The notes beneath the pieces are model-generated. The model ran no database searches and had not been told where the DNA came from. It saw only the letters and a list, made by a program, of their open reading frames with translations. A stretch of DNA of 38,872 nucleotides from Rhodospirillales bacterium (GTDB lineage: Bacteria; Pseudomonadota; Alphaproteobacteria; Bin95). The position numbers were made by a program, and so were the translations under genes. The stretch is from positions 1-38,872 of the forward strand of contig JAYQLI010000007.1 of the NCBI GenBank assembly GCA_038143065.1, written 5' to 3'. How positions within the stretch are numbered: the stretch's first letter is position 1; the number at the start of each line of letters is the position of its first letter. Below are positions 30,505-38,872 of this stretch, in pieces.

Positions 30505-32087
30505 CTATTGAAGAAACAAGGTCGTGATCTGCGGCACTAACAGGATGAGCATCAGAACCATGATCTGGAATTCCAATGAAGGGCAGGAAGCTCTTAAAAA
30601 TGTCAGGCAGAGTAATTTGCGGTGGAGCCACGGATTTCAGGTAGAAAGCCGCCCTCCGAAAGGCGGTGACAGAAAACTCACCTGCATGTTCACGCAAAAC
30701 AACACGCCAAACCAAACTTGAACCGCCAGCTGCGATTCCAGACCGCCGGTCAATCCCAATTCGTCCCAGGGAGTTTGAGAACAATGGGCAGAAAGACCGG
30801 CATGACCAGCAGAACGATCCCGGTCCAATCCATGAAGGCCCCCATGAACAGAAATACCGTCATCATGATCAACAGAACACCGAGCGTAGGCATGTCCAAA
30901 CCGACGATCAGATTTGCCACATAGGTCGGACCACCTGCGATCGTGTAGGCTCCGGCCAGCGCAGTGGCACCTATTGTCACCCAAATAATCGTCCCCGTAG
31001 ATTTAAAAGTTCTCATCGAAGCTTCACGCAAAAGCGTCCAGGAGAACTCCCCTCGGAGAACGATCAATATCAAGACCGCGACCGAACCAATGCCGGCGGC
31101 TTCGGTGATCCCAGTTATTCCGCCATAAATGGAGCCAAGGACCACAAAGACGATCAGCAGCGGAGCAACCATTCCTTTCCCGTTTTGCCAAGCCGCCCGA
31201 GTTCGTTCGCGACCGACGACGAGGGCAAGAAAGGCGAAGAGAGCGATAGAGAGAGCAGCTGATTTGACCATGAAGCCGACTGATATGTAGTTCGTGTCAG
31301 CATCAATCTCGCCAAGGGCATTGAAGAAGATTGCGCGCAAGAGCAATATCAGTGATCCAGCACCAACGATCATGGCGATCAGCGCTTAGGCCATACATTC
31401 GCTTTTTCGCTGCCAGACAGGTCATCTTCGGACGGATCCGGCAACGGTGCCAGATGAGGTTGAATCCGTGTACGGATCAATATGTACGCAATATAGCTAA
31501 ACGCCAGAATGAATCCTGGAACAAACGCCGCTTGAAATAGCGCGTGAATAGATGTGTCGGTGACCAGGCCATAGAAAATCAGAACGATGGACGGCGGGAT
31601 CATCGTGCCCAACGATCCGCTGGCACAGATCGTGCCAATAGCGAGGTTCTGATTGTAGCCAAGTCGCAGCATCTGCGGCAGCGCAATCAGTCCCAAAAGC
31701 ACCACTTCGCCACCGATGATGCCAGACATTGCCGCCATCACAATTGCCATGAGCGCCGCGACCACAGCAACGCCGCCTCGGTACGATCCAGCCACACGTC
31801 AAGAGTCGAGTACATGTCTCGCGCAATGCCGGAGCGTTCCAACAGATTTGCCATGAAAATGAACAAGGGAACCGAGACCAGAACGTAACTTGTCGTGATC
31901 CCGTAAATGCGTTGGATCAGGATATTTAATGGGCCGGTGCCAAATTGGCCGAACAGGAGGTCTGGACCGAATTTCATCACCATGACGACAACGGCCAGGA
32001 AGCCAGAAGCGAAACCTAGGGCATGCCGATTGCAAGCAGCAAGAGCATGCCTGCAAGTAACACGAGCGAAATCGTTCCAATATCCAT
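30505..32087 (-). CDS. dctM: TRAP transporter large permease, frameshifted
   Basis: MDIGTISLVLL..., LVSVPLFIFMANLLERSG, GSLGTMIPPS, LGSIYGGI..TEAA, WFGVLFCVNMQVSFLSPPFG. Confidence 0.9.
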
Positions 32088-32117
32088 TACTGTGCCCTTT
32101 CCTGCCTCAGTTAAAAT

Positions 32118-32793
32118 TTATTCATGCTTGCCGCCGGAAGGGCGGGAATCGTCCATTCCTTGCACGCCGTTTTTTGAATGATCTTTCGCCCAGTCCTCAT
32201 GATTTGCCGCCTCACCAGTTGGGCGTGCGTCGAGATGATCTCTGGCGAGATCTTCAAAAAGGTCTTCGAGATCATCCTCGCCGTAGTGTTTTTCTCCCTG
32301 ATCCGTGTTCCAGTCGTAAATCAGGTTGGAAATCGCCTGGAGCGTCAACAGCGCCATCGTGATAAGGATAAGCGGTTTAATGGTAGCCGGTATCGGTGGA
32401 TTAAACTTCGTACCGAACCGCTCCCAAGTGAGGAGTTTCTCGACGGCTTCACTATACCCCCCAAATTAAAGCACCCGCAAAGATGCATACGCAAAAGGTT
32501 GAGAGGATGTCGAAGAATCGCCGCATCCAAAGCGGCGCAAGATCATAGAGAATGAATATTCGGATATGGCTGCGTTGCTGCATCGAGTAAAGACCGGCCG
32601 TCAGATATACGGCACCCGCAACCCAGAGCGAGGTTTCATTGACCCAAAGCGTTGGTCGCAGGAACATATATCGCAGCACGACCTCCAGAAAAATGATCGA
32701 GACAATGAATGCCGGAAGCCACATCGCAATCCGGCTGATGCCCCAAGTGATTGGATCCAGTGGGCCAGTTTTTTCATGTTCAACCACTATCAA
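32118..32793 (-). CDS. dctQ: TRAP transporter small permease, frameshifted
   Basis: EVVLRYMFLRPTLWVNE, YSMQQRSHIRIFILYD; lies between dctP and dctM. Confidence 0.85.
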
Positions 32794-32840
32794 GGCCTCC
32801 CAGCTTTGTGCGCGACGACCGACTTTCTCGATGGGCGTTT

Positions 32841-32875
32841 TGGATGCCACCGGCCGCGACCGCCGGTGGCATCCA
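32841..32875 (-). terminator. Strong intercistronic hairpin after dctP
   Basis: Perfect 13-bp stem TGGATGCCACCGG / CCGGTGGCATCCA with a 9-nt loop; no clear U-tract on the sense strand, so it may be an mRNA stabiliser. Confidence 0.55.
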
Positions 32876-32899
32876 TATGAAGAACCCGTGTTTTGAGGC

Positions 32900-33916
32900 T
32901 TAGTCCAGCAGACCGATGCGCTGAAGGAAATCCACGTGGCTTTGAACCAGTTCCGCGGCTTCGGGAGATTTGGCACCCCACTCCTGCCATGCCGCCTGCG
33001 CAGCATTGCGGAATGAAGCACGATCTTCGGCCGACCAGTCGTAGACAGTTACGCCCATCTCAGGCAGTTTCTTTTGCGCCTCACCATTCTGGATCAGAGT
33101 CGACATCATCACTTCCAGTGCAAGTGACCTTTTCAGCCACTTCAATGATCCTCTTGTGCTGGTCGGAGAGCGAATTCCAGACACTCGTGCGACATGCCAA
33201 GTGATCCTGCGACATTGAATGGAAGCCCGGATAGGTCGTGTGCTTGGCGACGTCGTAGATACCGATGCTCAAGTTGGTCGCAAGCGTCGAAGCGTCGGCG
33301 CCATCGATAATGCCCGATTCAAGCGCGGTGATGATCTCGGTGAAATCCATAACAACCGGCTTTGCGCCTAGGCTGGCGAAGATGTCCGACTCCATGCCCG
33401 GCGGCGAACGGAACTTGAAATTCTCCAGATCGGCGACGCCGGTCAGAGGGCGGGATGAGTTCAGCGATCTCGACCGCCAACATGGGAACCGACAAATGTC
33501 ATATTATAGTCCCCGTAGAGCTCGTTGATTGCCTCTTGCCACCGCCTTGGTAAACCCAGGACAGGAGTTGAATCGGAGTTTCGTAGCCACCCATCGTGTC
33601 GGCAACAAATTGGAAAGCAGCATTTTTTCCGACCTGGTAGCCGCCGTTGGTCATGTCGCAATCAAGGATTCCATTCTTAACGGCGTCGAAGGTCTCCGTG
33701 GTTGGAACCACTGAGGACGAATAGAACATCTCGATCTGGAGGGTGACGTCCGACATGGTGGCCACGTCCTCGACGAATTGTTGTATCGCGACACCGTAAG
33801 GCGACGATTGCCCCAGATGGTTCTGGATGCGAAGCGTTGTCTGCGCACCCACTGCCGTGGCACCCGAGATCGCAACAGCGAAGCAGGCTAAATTTTTGGT
33901 TAAATTTTTTAATCAT
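32900..33916 (-). CDS. dctP: TRAP transporter substrate-binding protein, frameshifted
   Basis: Signal peptide; TLRIQ, ETFDAVKNGILD, KFRSPPG, EIITALESGIIDGAD, WNSLSD. Confidence 0.88.
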
Positions 33917-34065
33917 TAGTTTCTCTCCTTTGTTTATTCTTCCATTATTGGCTGAATAGCTTAGCCGACCGGCTCAGCTACTGCAGCGCCGGTGCGACAG
34001 ATGCGCTCCATTCATCGGAATCACTTTCTCCTTGGATCTGCTGGTCACGATTTGATATAAGCTAT

Positions 34066-34087
34066 TTGATTTTTGATCAAAAGTCAA
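34066..34087. promoter_or_regulatory. Putative GntR operator in the dctP/gntR divergent region
   Basis: Near-perfect palindrome TTGATTTTTGATCAAAAGTCAA; related site at 35256. Confidence 0.6.
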
Positions 34088-34151
34088 TGATAATTTGTCA
34101 ATGATAATTTTTAGATGGACATGGGAAAGTCCGGCCTGCTATAACGTACCT

Positions 34152-34880
34152 ATGAACGATCTCTCAAAAATGCAGCCGCTCAAGCGCGAAAATCTCCCAG
34201 AAATCGTGTTCGATCGACTGTGCGAGCTGATCCTTTCAGGTGGGCTTGAGCCCGGTCGGTCCGTAACCGTAGCAACTTTGAGCGAGGTCCTCGGTGTGAG
34301 CCCTATGCCGATCTGCGAAGCGATGGCGCGGCTGGCCCATATCGGCGCACTCACACGCCAATCGGGTCGCTCAATGGGTGTTCCCACTCTCGAACGAAAG
34401 GACTTGGAAAATTTACGGAATGTACGAAACGTAGTTGAGACGGCAGCATTGTCCTGGGCGATCGACAACCGGACGCCAAAATTCATTCAATCTTTGGAAG
34501 ATCGTCTATCAGAGATGGTTCAGGCCGAACAGGCGTCTGATAATCACAGCTTCATACATTGTAATTTTCTGTTTCACTTTTCAATCTACGAGCAGGCGGA
34601 TAATCCGGTCTCGCTTGAAATCATTCGAAACCTTTGGCTGCGTATCTGTCCCCATTTTCATCTCCTGAACATCCGCGGTCACCTGCAGATCTCGAATGAG
34701 ATCCACTTCGAATTGCTTTCGGCAATCAAAGAGGGTGACAAGAAAAGAGCAAGTGAATTTCTTTTCGAACGATATCAACCGCGCCCACCAAAGGATGGTC
34801 ACCTGCCTTTTCCCAGACACGTCCCAATTGCGGGAAGCTCGCTCCGAGCAATAAAAGAAAAAGTTCCGATTCTAGAATAG
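34152..34880 (+). CDS. GntR-family (FadR/FCD) transcriptional regulator
   Basis: wHTH L..LILSG.LEPG....LSEVLGVS.MP..EA..RL; FCD N..FHF.IY..A.N; C-terminus probably frameshifted. Confidence 0.9.
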   Translation: MNDLSKMQPLKRENLPEIVFDRLCELILSGGLEPGRSVTVATLSEVLGVSPMPICEAMARLAHIGALTRQSGRSMGVPTLERKDLENLRNVRNVVETAALSWAIDNRTPKFIQSLEDRLSEMVQAEQASDNHSFIHCNFLFHFSIYEQADNPVSLEIIRNLWLRICPHFHLLNIRGHLQISNEIHFELLSAIKEGDKKRASEFLFERYQPRPPKDGHLPFPRHVPIAGSSLRAIKEKVPILE

Positions 34881-35255
34881 CCATCGATACCTTGGTAGCG
34901 TCGCCAGATTAGATGGGCGAACCCTCTCACGAGGGTGGACATAACAGGTTCAAAGCAAGCGAACATCGGATCCGGGAACGCCTGGAGTCGCGGCCTATAT
35001 GACACTGGTCGGCGTTACCTGTGGTTTTCGGTCTAAGTGCGGACCCCAGATAGACGGTTTGCCTGCTCGATAGAACCAGTCCTCGTGCTAAAGGCCGCTG
35101 TGAGCATCGGTCAGCGGCACTTGCCGTGACAAATTGGGAGCCCTGACATGCTCTGCAAGCGTCACTTTATCGCCAAAGCAATTCAAGCTGCGGCGCCGGC
35201 AGCTAACAGGGCGGGACCCCGCCCAATTGAATCTTGCCGCATCAGAAAATCAGTA

Positions 35256-35270
35256 TTGATCTTTGATCAA
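35256..35270 (+). promoter_or_regulatory. Second putative GntR operator upstream of the kinase operon
   Basis: TTGATCTTTGATCAA, 14/15 identical to 34066-34080. Confidence 0.6.
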
Positions 35271-35314
35271 TTATCATTTTAAATGGTGTGAATGATCTGG
35301 AGGTGGGGCTGAAA

Positions 35315-37168
35315 ATGGTAGCTGAGAGAGACATCGACGTTGCGTGCATGGGCAGGGTTGCCGTCGACTTTTATGGGCAGCAAATCGGGGCCAGCCTGAG
35401 CGATACGCGCAGCTTTGCGCGCTATCTTGGCGGGTCAGCGGCAATACCGCGGTCAGCGCTGCCCGCGCCGGTGCGCGCTCTGCGATGATTGGAACGGTGG
35501 GCAATGATCCCCAGGGCGGGTATTTGCTGGACACGCTGGCCAAAGATGGCGTCGACATAACTTGTATGCGCCGTCTGCCGGGGGCGACGCACCGCCATGG
35601 CCTTTCTGGCGATGCGCGACGCCGAGGCCGTCAGTCTGGATTTTTACAGAGAGAACGCGGCGGACAGTGAAATCGGTCTTGAGAATGTTCCGCAGGGCTT
35701 CCTCGACCGGGTCGCGTTTCTTTCGGTCAATGGAACGCATATTGCGGATCCCGGCGCCTGGAATGGCGTCGCGCCGGTATTGCATGCGGCACGGGACGCG
35801 GGTTGCCGGCTGGTTCTCGATCTCGATTACCGGCAGGACTTGTGGGCCGGTTATCCGGGCGGGCTGCAAGCCGCAATGGCGCGGCTTCAACAGGCTCTGC
35901 CCCTGATGCAAATCGTTGTTGGCAACCAGCTGGAATTCGATCTGTTCGGCGACAATCCAATCCAGGCGATACGGGCGCTGACCGGCGCCGATCTGGTCCT
36001 GAAACGCGGTGCGGACGGTGCGGCATGGTATGGATCCGGTCAGGACACCGTCACCCATGACGTTCCCGGCCTGCCGATCGACGTGGTCAATCCGGTGGGC
36101 GCCGGCGATGCATTTCTTGGAAACCTGTTGGCCGGGCTGTGCCGGACCGGCTCTGGCCAGGAGGCATTTGAGCGCGCAAACGCCGCGGGCGCGCTGGTGG
36201 CAACCCGGCATGGGTGCTCGATCGAAATGCCGTTCCGTTCGGAGCTTGACCGCTTCCTTGAGACCGGAGATGCACGGGATCCGACGCTTGATGAGCTGCA
36301 CCACGCCCTGTCCAGGCCCGCATTTAACAAGCCGGTTCTGGCGCTGGCCTGCGATCACCGCGAGCCGTTCAAGGTGCTCTCAAAGAAATTCGACCGCAAC
36401 GCCGCGGATGTCCGCAAGTTCAAGGCGCTGGTTCACCAGGCCATGCGTGCCACCGCCAGTGGGCTGACCGATGCGCGGCCCGGAATGCTGATGGACAATC
36501 TGTTCGGGGCCGATGTTCTGCTAAAGCTCAGCCAGGATGCGATCTGGACCGGACGGCCGATCGAAGTCACCGGAAGCCGCCCGATCGGGTTCGAAGCCGA
36601 TCCGGGGCTGGCTGCCTGATATCGCCAGCTGGCAACCGGGCCAGGTTGCCAAGGTGCTGGTCTGGTCGCATCCCGATGACGATGCGGCCCTGATTGAAAC
36701 GCAGAACCGGCAGTTGCAACGTTTGCAGGCGGATTGCCGTGCCGCCGGTATCGAGTGGATGCTGGAACTGGTCCCTCCGCTGGACATGGACCGCAGCGAC
36801 GAAACCTGCGGCGCGGCGTTGTCCAGGCCTATGAGAACGGTCTGCGCCCCGACTGGTGGAAACTGCCGGGGCTGGCGAGCCGGGACGGTTGGGGTGCCCT
36901 GGCCACGGCCATCGAACAGGCCGATCCGTATTGCCGCGGCGTGATCGTGCTGGGGCTGAACGAGGAAATCCTGAAACTGGCCGATACGCTGGCCTGGCCG
37001 GGCAGGCCCCGATTTGCAAGGGCTTTTGCGGTGGGGCGCAGCATCTTTGGGAATGCCGCCGAAGCATGGTTTGCAGGACAGATTGGCGATGCGGACGCCA
37101 TCGAAGACATGGCTGCGCGCTATCGGCAGTGCTGCGATGCGTATCTGAGCGGGCGGAAGGCTGCATAA
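35315..37168 (+). CDS. iolC: IolC-like PfkB sugar kinase fused to a DUF2090 (aldolase-like) domain, frameshifted
   Basis: DVACMGRVAVDFYGQQIG..L.D..SFA.YLGGS; FYRENAAD; LDLDYR; NPVGAGDAF; RHGCS..MP; LACDHR; GRPIE..GSRP; PDWWKL; FAVGRSIF. Confidence 0.85.
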
Positions 37169-38182
37169 TGTTAGGTGTAACCAAGAAGCGCCGCGGCCGA
37201 AGATGTCAGCCTAACGGAATGGCCTGAGCCCGAAATCGGGGCCGGACAGGTTCTGGTCGCCGTCAAGGCGGCGGGTATTTGCGGCACCGACCTGCATATC
37301 TACCGCAACGAATATGCGTCGAACCCGCCCGTCATTCTTGGACATGAGGTTTGCGGTGTGGTCGAAAAAATCGGCACCAGCGTCGATCCGTCCTGGCGCG
37401 GCCAGCGGATCGTGGCAGAGACCTTTTTCTCAACCTGCGGCCAGTGCAGATACTGCCGCACCGGCCGTCCCAATCTTTGCGCCGAGCGCCGCTCGATCGG
37501 AAGTCATGTGAACGGGGCGATGACGGAAAGGCTGACCCTGCCAGTTCAGGATCTGCACCGGGCCCCGGCCGCGCTGTCTGGATGCCGCGGCCAGCATGGC
37601 CGAGCCGGTTGCCTGCGTGACCAATTCGCTGTTCGACGATTATTCGTGGATCGAAGCCGGGGACCGCGTGCTTGTCATCGGTCCGGGTGCGATCGGCCTG
37701 ATCGCGGCGCAGGTCGCTACCGCGCTTGGCGCCTGCGTGACAGTGCGCGGAACAGCAAAAGACGGGCAACGGCTGGAGCTTGCGCGCGTCTGGGTTTCGA
37801 GACCGAAATCGCATCTGACGGCACAAAGGGCACTGATTTTGACGTGGCCGTGGAATGCGCCGGCAACGGCCTTGCCTATGCGGATGCGCTTCATGCCACG
37901 CGCAAGGCGGGCCGGGTGATTCAGATGGGGCTGTCGGGTAAGACCGCCGATCTGCCTGTCGATCTGGTTTGTTACAAGGAACTGCAGCTCCGGTCGGGCT
38001 TTGCCTCGACCCCCCGTTCGTGGCGGCGGGCGATGCAGTTGTTGAATGATCAACGCCTTCACCTGGAGCCGTTGATTTCCGATATCATCCCGCTGAAGGA
38101 TTGGCGCACGGGCTTCGATCGCTCGTTTGCGGCCGATGGGACAAAATTTGTCCTGTCGCCTGAGGCTGGGGTCACTGAATAA
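37168..38182 (+). CDS. Zinc-dependent medium-chain dehydrogenase (threonine/sorbitol dehydrogenase-like), frameshifted
   Basis: GICGTDLH, GHE, CGQCRYC..GRPNLC, EPVAC, GPGAIG; translationally coupled to iolC (TAATG). Confidence 0.9.
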
Positions 38183-38804
38183 AAGTGACATTATCGTCCG
38201 GTTCGATCGAACGAACCGGGAACTTATGCGGCATCGCGAAGATCATTTTTCCGAAGTGGCCTGAGGCGATCCGGGCTGAGTGGTGGGTTCATGTTCCATA
38301 GGTAGTCGCCAGTCAATCCGACATGGGCCCAGCCAAGCGGCGCTAACATGCTGACGATGACAATGGGAGGCCTGGCAGACTGGAATAGCGCCCTGCAAGA
38401 AAGCCATACCACCCAATCTTAGCAGCGATACGGCTTTGCTTGAAATGGGAGCAATGTGTGTGACTATAGAGGCGAGTGGAATTTGGACCCACTAGACGGA
38501 TAGTGTTACTTTAAAGCGGCAATGTTTTGTAAAAAAGCTTTAAACAAGTACGCACCACAAAGTGTAACTCACTTTATCCACCGTCCTATCGATATATGCG
38601 ACACCTCCCCCCTACGCTTGATAAAGGGGAGGTCGTCATTTCTGTCATAAAGTAACGCTGTGATGCGGGAATTTTGCTAAATCAGTGAGCACTGGAATGG
38701 ATTGCGTTTAGTCACGCAACTGGGACTCAATACAACAAGCCATGTTCACACAAAAAGACACAGGTAGCGCACGGGCAGGCGCGCGTTGCAAACGTGATCC
38801 TCTA

Positions 38805-38869
38805 TTTTGGAACCCATTTGGAACCCAAAAAACGAAAGGCCCAGCGTGATATTCGCTAAGCCTTTGATT
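38805..38869. promoter_or_regulatory. Arm-type repeats (TGGAACCCA x2) plus IHF site marking the right island junction
   Basis: Matches 26760-26782; reverse complement AATCAAAGGCTTA fits WATCAANNNNTTR and ends in TGATTTTA, as just before the tRNA-Thr core at 26585. Confidence 0.7.
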
Positions 38870-38872
38870 TTA

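Larger units (their letters stand above)
26585..38872. mobile_element. tRNA-Thr-targeted integrative, satellite-like island (>12 kb; right att just beyond the window)
   Basis: att core, integrase, AlpA, helicase and HGGxSTG genes; 23-bp arm motif TTTTGGAACCCATWTGGAACCCA at 26760-26782 and 38805-38827 (22/23 identical); IHF site at 38857-38869. Confidence 0.8.

Overview
Accessory, island-rich region from what looks like a marine alphaproteobacterium (probably Rhodobacteraceae; inferred from the tRNA and protein sequences). Most long genes are broken by single-base indels, which suggests uncorrected long-read errors, so split genes are treated as probably intact unless they show other decay. 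From left to right: (1) a minus-strand catabolic operon (NitT/TauT ABC transporter, two amidohydrolases, hydantoin/allantoin racemase) behind a structured leader; (2) an integrase'::'proX fusion scar, an IS5-family element inserted in the last codons of a DMT transporter, a second DMT, a sterol-desaturase-family gene and a double SnoaL protein; (3) a 5'-truncated tRNA-Phe (att site) with a tyrosine integrase, a terminase small subunit and a Cys-repeat/peptidoglycan-binding protein; (4) about ten small cargo genes, mostly apparent dimeric alpha+beta barrel proteins; (5) a decayed HK97-like HNH-cos-terS module; (6) a tRNA-Thr(TGT)-targeted satellite-like island (integrase, AlpA, AAA_25 helicase, HGGxSTG protein) carrying a GC-rich TRAP/GntR/IolC-like/Zn-dehydrogenase cassette, whose far att site should lie just past the window end. 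The most striking feature, almost invisible in the ORF track, is at about 22.08-25.05 kb. It is a tandem array of four gene cassettes, each sitting on the opposite strand between a degenerate terL 5' end and a degenerate terS 3' end, like an integron-style cassette stack built from a phage terS-terL moron hotspot.
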